NCBI RefSeq assembly: GCF_001652585.1
Contig: NZ_LWLG01000006.1
Location: forward strand, 60,001-92,000
Origin: Thermosulfurimonas dismutans
GTDB lineage: Bacteria; Desulfobacterota; Thermodesulfobacteria; Thermodesulfobacteriales; Thermodesulfobacteriaceae
Direction of reading: 5' to 3'
DNA: 32,000 nt
Shown here: positions 7,140-16,126 of the stretch, one piece after another
Layout: each line of letters opens with the position of its first letter
Numbering within the stretch: position 1 is the stretch's first letter
Translations under genes and position numbers: made by a program
Notes under the pieces: model-generated
What the model saw: the letters and a program-made list of their open reading frames with translations, nothing else
Databases searched by the model: none
Told to the model about the DNA's origin: nothing

Positions 7140-8063
7140 ATGCCCATCTTCGGTCCGGTTAGATCGCGAAGGCTGGGGCTTTCCCTAGGGGTGGACCTTG
7201 TTCCGTCCAAGGTCTGTTCTATGGATTGTGTGTATTGCGAGGTGGGCCGCACCACGCGGTTAACCCTGGAGAGGGCGGAATATCGTCCGTTTTTCGAATT
7301 AAAAGCCAGTCTGAAGCGGGCTTTAAGAGAAAAAAATTATGATGTAGTGACCCTTACGGGTTCGGGTGAACCCACCCTGAATATCATTTTCCCGGAGGTA
7401 GTCAAACTCGTAAGGAAGCTTACGGATAGGCCCATCGCAGTCCTTACCAACAGTACCACTCTGGAGTCCCCGGAGGTCTTCTCTGCCCTTTGCGAAGTGG
7501 ATTATGTGCTGGCCTCTCTGGATGCCGCAAGGAGCGAGTCTTTCCGAAAGGTAAACCGTCCGGCGGCAGGCCTTGAGCCCGAGAGGATCGTGGAGGCCCT
7601 AGCGCGCTTGCGGGAGGCCATGTCCGGGGAGCTCTGGCTCGAGATCCTCCTGGTAAAAGGCCTGAATGATACCCCTGAGGATATAGAGGCCCTGAAGAAG
7701 GCGGTTTTACGGATAAAGCCCCACCGGGTGCAATTAAATACCGTGGTGAGGCCGCCGGCCGATCCCCGAGCAAAGCCCCTCTCTTATGCCGAGCTCCTGG
7801 CCCTGGCCAGAGAGTTCGGCCCGGAAGCGGAAGTCTTAACGCGTCCTCCGGAAAGAAGGGCCGGTGGAGGCAAAATTGGAGCAGAAGAAATCTTGGCCTA
7901 CCTCAGGCGCCGTCCGGCTCCAGCCGAAGAACTGGCCCGGGCCTTCGGAGTGAGCGCAGAAGAGATAAAAAGATTTCTGGAAAACTTGGTTAAAGATAGA
8001 AAGATAGAATCACTCCTATTTAACGGGGTGGAATTCTTCCGTTTTCTTTCGAAGGATTTGTAA
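7140..8063 (+). CDS. Radical SAM protein of unknown specificity with a C-terminal winged-helix-like tail
   Basis: CX3CX2C cluster motif CSMDCVYC after FGPVRSRRLGLSLGV. GSGEPTL SAM-binding-type motif. The start abuts the aroF stop (TAA-ATG). Confidence 0.85.
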   Translation: MPIFGPVRSRRLGLSLGVDLVPSKVCSMDCVYCEVGRTTRLTLERAEYRPFFELKASLKRALREKNYDVVTLTGSGEPTLNIIFPEVVKLVRKLTDRPIAVLTNSTTLESPEVFSALCEVDYVLASLDAARSESFRKVNRPAAGLEPERIVEALARLREAMSGELWLEILLVKGLNDTPEDIEALKKAVLRIKPHRVQLNTVVRPPADPRAKPLSYAELLALAREFGPEAEVLTRPPERRAGGGKIGAEEILAYLRRRPAPAEELARAFGVSAEEIKRFLENLVKDRKIESLLFNGVEFFRFLSKDL

Positions 8064-8113
8064 ATACCGACCTTTGAAGCCAGTTTAATTTGGAGTCGAT
8101 AAAAAGCTGGGTT

Positions 8114-9892
8114 TTATTCTGTGATCAAGATATAACGCACGTAACGAGGAGAGGGCGGGGACTCGGGATCGGCAAAAGCGTATTCCTCCTCGAAACGGGA
8201 GGCCACAAACCTTAGAAAACTCTCGGTGAGTTCCGGGGCGTAGTAAAAGGTCTGTTGGGCGAGGCGCCTGAAGTTATCCAGAAGTTCCCGGAAAAGCTCT
8301 TCGGAAAACCGGTTTCTTTCCGAGTTAGAACGAACCTCCAGAAACCTTTCCAGAACTTCAGGCCACCTTTTCGCTGGAATAGGAGCAAACTTAAACTCCT
8401 GGGAAAGGACCCAGTTGGCCAATCCCGTAAGGATTAAGGCCGACCAGGTAATGTCCGAAGGTTCAAGGAAGTTGGTTTTTTGGGTAGCCATTTCCGCCAC
8501 CCAAAGAGGCGGGATGCCAAAGGCCTTCTGAATAAGAACGGCCCAGTAACCGACTTCCTCAATGATCCTCTCCACCTGCCTTACCTCGGAAAGCTCACGG
8601 AACCAGCGGTATTCCTCTGCGGTTCCGGCCTTATCCGGCACAAAAAACTTGATGCGGTTGGCGTCCCGTACCGTAACTCCTTTGAGATAGGAGGCATAGG
8701 GTTCATCAAGGTGTCTCAGGACACGGACATCCAGGTCCTCCTGAGAGCTGATTTCGCGAGCCTTTTTGCGAAGGCTTACGATCAGGGTGTGTGCTAGCCG
8801 GAAGATGTCCTCTAGGAAGTAAGTTTCAAGAATTCGTCGCCCAGCCTCTGGATCTGGCCCAGCTAGATATTCCAAACCGATATTGAGATACCCCAAGACC
8901 TTATTTAAGGAATCCTCCACCTGGGCAATCTCGTCAATACTCACATGATCCACGATAAGGACCTTGTTGGTGATCCAGGCGAGCTCCCTTTTCAGGCGAT
9001 CGAGCTGATGGGGATCCGTAATCCGAGAAAGGGCCTCGGAAAACCTCTCGGCCCCAGGATAATAAAGCGCCGGCACAAAACCAGGCGGGCTCTCTCCGGT
9101 TTCTTCTACTCGTCCGGGGAGGTAGCGCGGATCTATCCGACGAAGATGATTCTTGACTATTGGAGCGTAAACGTCCAAGGCCTCAAAGTAATCCGGAATC
9201 CCATGATCGGCCAGCCGCCCCCGACGCCAACGATAGGCCATCTCCTCTACCTGGGAGGGAAGCTCCCAGATGATGGCCTCCATAAGGTTGTAGTAATAGT
9301 TCTCATCCATGTCCCGGATGATCTCAATGATGCGCCGGAAATAAAACTCAAGCTTTTGTTTTCTGAACTCCACGAAATAGACTTCATCTAAAGTATAGGG
9401 TGGGAGCCAGTCGCGGGCCTCGGTAAGATCTACATCGTCCGGGCGCTTCACTACCCGCACGAACCTTTGCATAATGGCTACCAGAAAATCGAAGTCCGCC
9501 ACCCGAAGCCACTCGGCCACTTTGTCCTCAGAGGTCTCAAAAAGGAGAACTAGCCAGGCGGTAAACCTTTCAGGAGCAAGGCGATCCTTCCGCCAGGCAT
9601 CTATATCAAAAAGGAACTGAATTTGGGGCCCTTTGGCGTAGCTCAGGAGATCCACCGCTTCTTCCGTAGAGACGGCTTTGAGAGTGAGGAAAAGCTCCTG
9701 GGGAGGTAGGTTTTTTACCAGCCCTTCGGCCAGAGGCGAAAGCGTGATGACTCGGGCCCGGAGTTCCCAGGGAGTAGCAAGCACAAGATCCATTTGCTCA
9801 CGAAAACTGAGCTCCGTAAGAAGCTTTTCGGCCTCCTCCGCCGGCCGGGAGAGCAGGTCCTGATAGGTAACCGGAAGTTTACGTTCCGCCAT
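8114..9892 (-). CDS. Conserved-looking hypothetical protein, 592 aa, probably all-helical and soluble
   Basis: Long uninterrupted ORF. Its start overlaps the yraN stop by 14 nt, suggesting translational coupling. No TM segment, signal peptide or catalytic motif that I can recognise. Confidence 0.8.
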   Translation of the reverse strand: MAERKLPVTYQDLLSRPAEEAEKLLTELSFREQMDLVLATPWELRARVITLSPLAEGLVKNLPPQELFLTLKAVSTEEAVDLLSYAKGPQIQFLFDIDAWRKDRLAPERFTAWLVLLFETSEDKVAEWLRVADFDFLVAIMQRFVRVVKRPDDVDLTEARDWLPPYTLDEVYFVEFRKQKLEFYFRRIIEIIRDMDENYYYNLMEAIIWELPSQVEEMAYRWRRGRLADHGIPDYFEALDVYAPIVKNHLRRIDPRYLPGRVEETGESPPGFVPALYYPGAERFSEALSRITDPHQLDRLKRELAWITNKVLIVDHVSIDEIAQVEDSLNKVLGYLNIGLEYLAGPDPEAGRRILETYFLEDIFRLAHTLIVSLRKKAREISSQEDLDVRVLRHLDEPYASYLKGVTVRDANRIKFFVPDKAGTAEEYRWFRELSEVRQVERIIEEVGYWAVLIQKAFGIPPLWVAEMATQKTNFLEPSDITWSALILTGLANWVLSQEFKFAPIPAKRWPEVLERFLEVRSNSERNRFSEELFRELLDNFRRLAQQTFYYAPELTESFLRFVASRFEEEYAFADPESPPSPRYVRYILITE

Positions 9893-10295
9893 CCTCTATC
9901 ACACCCTCAAGGTGTCTTATACAGGGTTTCTTTCCCGAAAAATCCAGGGCTATGACATCAAAGCGTACCCTTTTGGCCCTTCCTGCGTAAGAAGATAAGT
10001 AGGTTCTCGCTAGAGTTAAGAGCTTTTTCTGTTTAGCGGGATTTACGGCCTCCTCGGGAAGACCATGAGTAAGCTTACGACGGGCCTTAACTTCTATAAA
10101 GACCAGTGTATCCCCCCTTTCGGCGATGAGGTCTATCTCTCCGAGACGTGTCCGCCAGTTTCGGGCAAGAATTCGGTAACCTTTGAGTTTAAGATACCTT
10201 TCGGCCAGAGCCTCGGCCTCTTTACCGAGGCCCTGGCGGTCCGGTGAGGTCCGAAACCGGACGAAAAGTTCGGCGATGAATCGGGCAAGGGCCAT
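9879..10295 (-). CDS. YraN-family (UPF0102) predicted endonuclease
   Basis: AERYLKLKGYRILARNWRTRLGEIDLIAERGDTLVFIEVKARR, a PD-(D/E)xK-like core typical of YraN. The only in-frame start is the ATG at 10295, which overlaps the rnhB 3' end by 74 nt. Confidence 0.85.
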   Translation of the reverse strand: MALARFIAELFVRFRTSPDRQGLGKEAEALAERYLKLKGYRILARNWRTRLGEIDLIAERGDTLVFIEVKARRKLTHGLPEEAVNPAKQKKLLTLARTYLSSYAGRAKRVRFDVIALDFSGKKPCIRHLEGVIEDGGT

Positions 10296-10872
10296 AAAGT
10301 TTTAAGGCCTCGAGGTGTTCCTTAGTGCCGTACCCCTTATGGCGGGAAAATCCGTAAACCGGGTATGTAGGGCTTACGGACTCCATCAGACGATCCCGGG
10401 TAACCTTGGCCACGATGGAAGCCGCGGCCACAGAGGCACAGAGTGCGTCTCCGTCCACTACGGCCTTCTGCGGCCCGCTCCAGCCCGGAAGGCAAAAACG
10501 ACCGTCCACCAAAAGGAGTTCCGGAGTAGGGGTAAGCCTGGTAACCGCTCGGGACATAGCCAAAAGGCTCGCCTGAAGGATCCCAAGGGCATCCACTTCC
10601 TCATGGGAAGCCTCTCCCACTGCCCAAGAAATGGCCTCCCGAACGATGATTTCATAAAGGGTTGCCCGTTTTTCGGGAGTTAAGACCTTGGAGTCCGCAA
10701 GATCTTCATGATCGAAATCCTCCGGGAGAATAACCGCGGCCGCCACCACCGGCCCAGCCAGCGCCCCCCGTCCGACCTCGTCCACCCCGGCAATAAACCG
10801 ATAGCCGGCCTTGCGGAAAGATTTCTCCCGCGCCCAACGCTGAGAAGAAAAATATTCGGGAGGCCAGAGCAT
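10222..10872 (-). CDS. rnhB: Ribonuclease HII
   Basis: IAGVDEVGRGALAGPVVAAAV, DSKVLTPEKR, ASIVAKVTRD and CPIHRRTFRPV. Confidence 0.95.
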   Translation of the reverse strand: MLWPPEYFSSQRWAREKSFRKAGYRFIAGVDEVGRGALAGPVVAAAVILPEDFDHEDLADSKVLTPEKRATLYEIIVREAISWAVGEASHEEVDALGILQASLLAMSRAVTRLTPTPELLLVDGRFCLPGWSGPQKAVVDGDALCASVAAASIVAKVTRDRLMESVSPTYPVYGFSRHKGYGTKEHLEALKLYGPCPIHRRTFRPVSDLTGPPGPR

Positions 10873-10875
10873 ACC

Positions 10876-11223
10876 CTATAGACGCTCCTTGATGCGGGCA
10901 GCCTTTCCGTAACGGCCACGGAGATAGTAAAGCCTAGCCCTCCGAACCTTACCCCGTTTCACAACTTCGATTTTTTCGATTCGGGGGGAATGGAGGGGAA
11001 AAGTTCTCTCCACACCTATACCGAAAGAGATCTTCCTAACGGTAAAAGTGGCCCCGGTACCACCTCCGCGTTTACGAATGACCACACCCTCGAAGACCTG
11101 AACCCTTTCCTTTTCATCCCCTTCCTGAATCCGATAATGTACCCGAACAGTATCCCCCGGGCGGAAATCCGGTAGATCCTTTCGCAGATAACGTTTCTCT
11201 ACCTCTTGAATAAGCGGAAACAT
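10876..11223 (-). CDS. rplS: 50S ribosomal protein L19
   Basis: [30 protein letters not shown]...[15 protein letters not shown]. Confidence 0.97.
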   Translation of the reverse strand: MFPLIQEVEKRYLRKDLPDFRPGDTVRVHYRIQEGDEKERVQVFEGVVIRKRGGGTGATFTVRKISFGIGVERTFPLHSPRIEKIEVVKRGKVRRARLYYLRGRYGKAARIKERL

Positions 11224-11224
11224 C

Positions 11225-12523
11225 TTATCTTCCCTCCCCTAACAAGCGATCAATTATAATGCTAGCCGCTGATCTTACCGAAAGATGGTTATACTCGTCA
11301 AGTCTTCCGGAAATAGGTAAAAGGAAATAATGGCTCTTGTCAAGGACCTCATCGGCCAGTCCCCAGGCCGTGCCGAATAACACCAAAACCGGTTTCCCGG
11401 AGAAAATAAGACCTCGGGCCTCTTCATAAGAAAAGGTCTTTCGCAGGGGCCTGGCATCGGTGGCCAGGATGACGGGATCGTGGCCTTCGATCTTTCGGAT
11501 CTCTTCAATAACCTCATTCAAAGAATGAACCGGACGCACCAGGCTCAGGGCCTCGCGACGGTCGGGATTGTGCTTAGCCCCAGGACCTGAAAGCCAGAAC
11601 TCAAGCATCTCCTCCATGATAGCCCGCTGGTCAGATAGGGGCTGCACGATAAAATAAGCCTTAAGGCCGTAAGTTCTCGCCACCCGGGCAATGTCGTGGA
11701 GATCAAGATTGGTGAAGGAGGAGGCGATCTTGCGGCCTTCCTTGTTCAGAACCGGATAGTGAAGCAGAGCCGCGTAAACTTTGGCCTTACGAGCCTTCTC
11801 CCGTTTTAGCTTCTCTAAGAAGGCTCGGTCTTCATCGGTAAGCGAAGCCTTGGCCAAAAGATCAGGACGTTTCTCAAAGGTTATTCGCAGGGATTCCTCT
11901 CGTCTGAAACGCTCAATACGGGCGTGGTCGCCAGAGAGCAAAACCTCTGGAACCGTGTAGCCCATAAAATCCCGAGGTCGGGTGTACTGAGGATGTTTCA
12001 GGAGGCCCTCGGCAAAGGAATCTCGCTTTACGGAATCCTCACACCCTACCACCCCGGGCACAAGACGTGCGACGGTCTCGATCAAGACCAGAGCTGCCGC
12101 CTCACCGCCGAAAAGGACATAGTCTCCGATAGAAATCTCGTCATCTACGAAATACTGCCTTATGCGTTCATCTATCCCCTCGTAACGGCCACAGATTAAG
12201 ATTAAATGTTTCTTTGCAAGTAGCTCGCGGGCCACCTCCTGATTGAAAAGCCTTCCCTGAGGAGAGAGATAAACTACCCAGGGTTCGGGAGACTCTTTTT
12301 TCAAGGCTTCGATGGCACGATAGAGGGGTTCGGGTTTAAGCAGCATACCCTCCCCACCACCAAACGGCTTATCATCCACCGTGCGGTGCTTGTCGGTAGC
12401 AAAGTCCCGTAGATTATGGAGACGGACCTTGAGCAACCCTTTCTGGATAGCCTTTCCCAAGAGACCAACCTTCAGGGGAGACTCAAAATATTCCGGGAAA
12501 ATGGTTATGAGATCGAAAACCAT
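11225..12523 (-). CDS. trmD: tRNA (guanine37-N1)-methyltransferase TrmD fused to a C-terminal domain of about 185 aa resembling a second predicted SAM-dependent RNA methyltransferase
   Basis: Residues 1-240 are a complete TrmD ([36 protein letters not shown]). After the linker EKARKAK, a second domain follows ([30 protein letters not shown]...[10 protein letters not shown]...[17 protein letters not shown]). Confidence 0.9.
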   Translation of the reverse strand: MVFDLITIFPEYFESPLKVGLLGKAIQKGLLKVRLHNLRDFATDKHRTVDDKPFGGGEGMLLKPEPLYRAIEALKKESPEPWVVYLSPQGRLFNQEVARELLAKKHLILICGRYEGIDERIRQYFVDDEISIGDYVLFGGEAAALVLIETVARLVPGVVGCEDSVKRDSFAEGLLKHPQYTRPRDFMGYTVPEVLLSGDHARIERFRREESLRITFEKRPDLLAKASLTDEDRAFLEKLKREKARKAKVYAALLHYPVLNKEGRKIASSFTNLDLHDIARVARTYGLKAYFIVQPLSDQRAIMEEMLEFWLSGPGAKHNPDRREALSLVRPVHSLNEVIEEIRKIEGHDPVILATDARPLRKTFSYEEARGLIFSGKPVLVLFGTAWGLADEVLDKSHYFLLPISGRLDEYNHLSVRSAASIIIDRLLGEGR

Positions 12524-12524
12524 C

Positions 12525-13061
12525 TCAAATCTGGCTCTCGATAAGTCCGGGGGTGGGACGAACTAGAACGTAGCCCTCATCAAGATTGATCTCCAGGATC
12601 ACCTCCTCCACCATGGGAAGGTAAAAACTTTGGCCCTCTTTGGTTTCCACCTCAAGGAGGTCGTAAGGCCCAACCGGCATCACGCCCTTAACCCGGCCCA
12701 GGATCTCTCCAGCTTCGGTCTTCACAGGAAGGTCTTCGATCTGAAAATAATAGAACTCTCCCTCTTCAAGTTCGGGAAAATCAGAAACTTCGGCATAGAG
12801 AACCCTTCCCCGCAACCCCTCAGCGATCTCAACATCCTCGATACCCTCAAAACGAAAAAGGAAGTCCCGCCCCCCTGGGGCCTCCCTTACTGAAATAGGT
12901 ATTAAGATCTCTTCGCCTTCTTTTTGAAGGAAAAATCGAGGAAGTTCCTTTAAAAGCTCTCGATTGGAAAGAAAGGGAAGGACTCGAACCTCGCCTTTTA
13001 GTCCATGAGGGCGGGTGATCTTACCTACTGCCACCCGCCCTCTTTTTTTCGGATTACTCAA
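12525..13061 (-). CDS. rimM: 16S rRNA processing protein RimM
   Basis: [16 protein letters not shown]-terminal motif and a PRC-barrel-like C-terminus. Position between the KH gene and trmD. Confidence 0.93.
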   Translation of the reverse strand: MSNPKKRGRVAVGKITRPHGLKGEVRVLPFLSNRELLKELPRFFLQKEGEEILIPISVREAPGGRDFLFRFEGIEDVEIAEGLRGRVLYAEVSDFPELEEGEFYYFQIEDLPVKTEAGEILGRVKGVMPVGPYDLLEVETKEGQSFYLPMVEEVILEINLDEGYVLVRPTPGLIESQI

Positions 13062-13293
13062 TAATCTCTAACACCGCCCGTTTACGAAGCTTGGTGGAAG
13101 CCGCACTCAGGATGGTCCGCATAGCCCGGGCCGTGCGTCCCTGTTTACCGATGACCTTACCCAGATCCTCCTTAGCCACCCGCAACTCGATTACTGAGGT
13201 CTGCTCGCCTTCAATCTCGTTTACCTGAACAGCATCCGGATTGTCCACCAAGGCCTTGGCCATCTGCTCCACCAGTTCCTTGAGCTTGCCCAT
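13054..13293 (-). CDS. KH-domain RNA-binding protein (YlqC/UPF0109 family)
   Basis: [19 protein letters not shown] (GXXG KH motif). Conserved position between rpsP and rimM. Confidence 0.9.
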   Translation of the reverse strand: MGKLKELVEQMAKALVDNPDAVQVNEIEGEQTSVIELRVAKEDLGKVIGKQGRTARAMRTILSAASTKLRKRAVLEIIE

Positions 13294-13361
13294 CTTCTAC
13301 CTCCTCCACTGGGAATCTTTTAGCGAGAATTTTACTCTACAAAACCCACGGCCGTAAAGAC

Positions 13362-13631
13362 CTAAGCCGCTTTCTTTTGCTGAATCTCTTTGAGGATCCC
13401 GGTACGCTTGAGAAGGGCCCTTACGGTCTCCGTAGGCTCGGCCCCCCTATCGAGCCATTTCTTTACCTTTTCGGGATCCACCTTGAATTCAAAGGGTTCT
13501 TTAACAGGATCATAGTAGCCTAGGATCTCCAGAAACTTACCGTCTCGCGGCGCCGAGGCCTCCGCCGCCACCACCCGATAAAAAGGCCGATTGCGCCGCC
13601 CCATCCGCATGAGCCTAATCCTTACCGCCAC
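13362..13631 (-). CDS. rpsP: 30S ribosomal protein S16 (GTG start)
   Basis: [50 protein letters not shown] upstream of the GTG at 13631. Confidence 0.97.
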   Translation of the reverse strand: MAVRIRLMRMGRRNRPFYRVVAAEASAPRDGKFLEILGYYDPVKEPFEFKVDPEKVKKWLDRGAEPTETVRALLKRTGILKEIQQKKAA

Positions 13632-13718
13632 CTTTGTTCACCTCCTTTGCCCAAACTGTTTCGGCTCCTAATTTAAACCGAAATGCGCAAACATCAATAC
13701 TGATTTTAAAAAGGTGCC

Positions 13719-15050
13719 TCAAAAGGCCTGCAAAAGCCTCCGGGCTAAACGTTCTAGCCCCCGTGGACCTCGAGCTTTCTTGAGGAGCTTGCGCATCTCT
13801 TCGTAACTCTTGAGTAGTTTGTTCACCTCCTGAACAGTGGTTCCGCTTCCCCGGGCAATCCGACGCTTGCGGCTAGCGTTAATGATCCGGGGATTGAGAC
13901 GTTCTTGGCGGGTCATGGAGTTGATGATGGCCTCCATCCGCACCAGTTCTTTTTCATCGAAGGGCATCTCCTTGATCTTCTTACCGATTCCAGGAAGGAG
14001 CGAAAAGACTTCCTGCATGGAACCCAGCTTCCGCATCTGTTTTATCTGTTCCCGTAAATCCTCAAGGGTAAATTCCCGTCGGCGAAGTTTTTCCTGAAGT
14101 TCACGAGCCTTTTTAAGATCAAAGGCCTCCTGGGCCTTCTCGATCAGGGTCAGGACATCTCCCATTCCCAAAATACGGGAGGCCAACCGATCCGGATAAA
14201 AGACCTCCAGAGCCTCCAGTTTCTCGCCGGTTCCGATGAACTTGATAGGGCACCCCGTAACCTCGCGAATGGAAAGAGCGGCCCCCCCTCTAGCATCGCC
14301 CTCCACCTTGGTAAGGATCACCCCCGTAAGTCCCACCTTTTCGTGAAAGCTCTTGGCAATGTTTACAGCATCTTGGCCAGTCATGGCGTCGGCGACCAAG
14401 AGCACCTCACGGGGACTTACGGTTTCCTTGATGGCCGCGGCCTCGGTCATCATGGCCTCGTCGATATGGAGGCGGCCAGCGGTGTCAATGATGGCCACGT
14501 CTCGCCCCAAGGCCTTGGCCTCGGCTAGGGCCTTTTTAGCAATTTCAACCGGATTGTCTGTAGGATCAGTGTCGTAAACCGGGACCCCCACCCTTTCGGC
14601 AAGAGTCTTCAACTGATCAATAGCCGCCGGCCGATAAACGTCCGCCGGCACCAAATAGGGCCGATGCCCCTTCTTCCTAAGAAAGAGGGCCAGTTTGGCC
14701 GCCGTAGTGGTCTTACCTGACCCCTGAAGACCTACCAGAAGGATAGGAACCGGCCTTGATCCACCGAGATCCAGAGGCGCCGGAGTTTCTCCCAGAGTCC
14801 GAATGAGTTCTTCGTGAACGATCTTTATGAGTTGCTGAGCCGGAGTGAGGCTCTCGAGGACTTCCGCCCCCAGGGCCCTTTCCCGCACGCGATCGACAAA
14901 ATTTTTGACCACCCGGTAATTAACGTCGGCCTCAAGCAGGGCCAGACGTACCTCCCTGAGACCCCGCTCCACATCATCCTTGGTGAGTTTGCCCTTGCCC
15001 CGGAGCCTCTGAAAAACCCCTTCCAACCTTTCACTTAAATTTTCAAACAT
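13719..15050 (-). CDS. ffh: Signal recognition particle protein Ffh
   Basis: [16 protein letters not shown]-loop, [20 protein letters not shown] and a Met-rich M domain. Confidence 0.97.
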   Translation of the reverse strand: MFENLSERLEGVFQRLRGKGKLTKDDVERGLREVRLALLEADVNYRVVKNFVDRVRERALGAEVLESLTPAQQLIKIVHEELIRTLGETPAPLDLGGSRPVPILLVGLQGSGKTTTAAKLALFLRKKGHRPYLVPADVYRPAAIDQLKTLAERVGVPVYDTDPTDNPVEIAKKALAEAKALGRDVAIIDTAGRLHIDEAMMTEAAAIKETVSPREVLLVADAMTGQDAVNIAKSFHEKVGLTGVILTKVEGDARGGAALSIREVTGCPIKFIGTGEKLEALEVFYPDRLASRILGMGDVLTLIEKAQEAFDLKKARELQEKLRRREFTLEDLREQIKQMRKLGSMQEVFSLLPGIGKKIKEMPFDEKELVRMEAIINSMTRQERLNPRIINASRKRRIARGSGTTVQEVNKLLKSYEEMRKLLKKARGPRGLERLARRLLQAF

Positions 15051-15110
15051 ACCTTGCCCTGTTTTTCTCTCTTTTCGTATTTTTCAATCATAATGAGCCG
15101 GTTAGGGGTG

Positions 15111-16097
15111 TCAATAAGCCAGGGTCATCACCTTCCAACCAAGATAGGCCAGATAGGCAACCAGGAAGAAGATACCATCCCGCCTCCTGATCTTGCCCGA
15201 AAAGGAAAAAAACCATAGACCCAAGGAGAGAAAGAACGTCATAAAAAGGTCGGGAAATCCCTGTTCGGGGACCGGAACCGGCCGAATAGTAGCGGTGACC
15301 CCCAAGATGAAAAGTAGATTAAAGATATTTGACCCCACGATATTTCCGATGAGAAGGTCCGTCTCGCCACGCCTTACAGCCATAATAGAGATAGCAATCT
15401 CTGGAAGGCTAGTCCCGAGAGCGATAAGGGTAAATCCGATAAAGGCCTTTGGAAGTCCCAAGGCCGTAGCCAAACTTACGGCGAACCTTACGGTGACCTC
15501 GGCCCCAAGAACCAGCCCGGCCACTCCCAAGACAAAAAGTCCTAAGGCCACCGGAATGGAAAGCGGCTTTTCGGGTAAGGTCTCGGAAGCCGCCTGAAGC
15601 GCCAGACCGTTTAAACGATCCTGAACGACTTCAACCAGGTTGTAGTAGATGAAAATAGCAAAAAAGAGAAGCAGGAGGAGACTCTCGGTGCGGGAGTAAA
15701 GGGCTGGACCGTTAGAGAGATAAGGATCAAGGACTGCGACCACCGCAGCTACGGTAGCAAGCATCATCATTGGGATTTCCCGCCTGACCACAATGCTCTC
15801 GACCGCCAGAGGAGCTATCAGGGCTGCCAGGCCTATTCCTAGACCGATATTGGCAAGATTAGAGCCTATGATATTTCCAAAGGAAATCTCTCCGGCCCGA
15901 AGGGCGGCGGCCACATTTACGGCCAACTCTGGGGCACTAGTCCCGAAGGCCACCACCGTAAGGCCGATGACCGTGGTAGAAATCCCCAAGCGCCGAGCCA
16001 AGGCCGCCGCCCCCCGTACCATGAGATCTCCCCCACCGAGGAGAATGGCAAGCCCTAAAAGAGTAAAAATGAGATCTAGAAAAATCGACATATTCAT
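15111..16097 (-). CDS. Ca2+/Na+ antiporter (CaCA / YrbG family)
   Basis: About 10 TM segments. Two alpha-repeats, GTSAPELAV and GTSLPEIAI. The start could instead be the second ATG at 16091. Confidence 0.9.
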   Translation of the reverse strand: MNMSIFLDLIFTLLGLAILLGGGDLMVRGAAALARRLGISTTVIGLTVVAFGTSAPELAVNVAAALRAGEISFGNIIGSNLANIGLGIGLAALIAPLAVESIVVRREIPMMMLATVAAVVAVLDPYLSNGPALYSRTESLLLLLFFAIFIYYNLVEVVQDRLNGLALQAASETLPEKPLSIPVALGLFVLGVAGLVLGAEVTVRFAVSLATALGLPKAFIGFTLIALGTSLPEIAISIMAVRRGETDLLIGNIVGSNIFNLLFILGVTATIRPVPVPEQGFPDLFMTFFLSLGLWFFSFSGKIRRRDGIFFLVAYLAYLGWKVMTLAY

Positions 16098-16126
16098 TAT
16101 TATAATGAAAGGATGAAGTTTCCCAA
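16077..16126. promoter_or_regulatory. Overlapping divergent promoter-like boxes in the 15-bp antiporter/nrdJ intergenic region
   Basis: Plus strand: TATAAT at 16101-16106, only 6 nt before the nrdJ ATG at 16113, with a weak -35 TAGAAA at 16077-16082. Minus strand: TATAAT at 16104-16099 with TTGGGA at 16126-16121 (16-nt spacer), 1 nt before ATG 16097 and 7 nt before ATG 16091. Confidence 0.35.

Noticed and set aside
13632-13718. Weak hairpin (UUUCGG/CCGAAA, 13-nt loop) between ffh and rpsP as an attenuator or terminator
   Set aside because: Only 6 AU-rich base pairs with a large loop and no U-tract. It does not differ from what chance would give in an 87-nt spacer.
15193-16116. Plus-strand ORFs (134 and 107 aa) opposite the antiporter gene
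   Set aside because: Arg/Pro/Ala-rich antisense translations of a membrane-protein gene. The antiporter call is supported by two alpha-repeat motifs.
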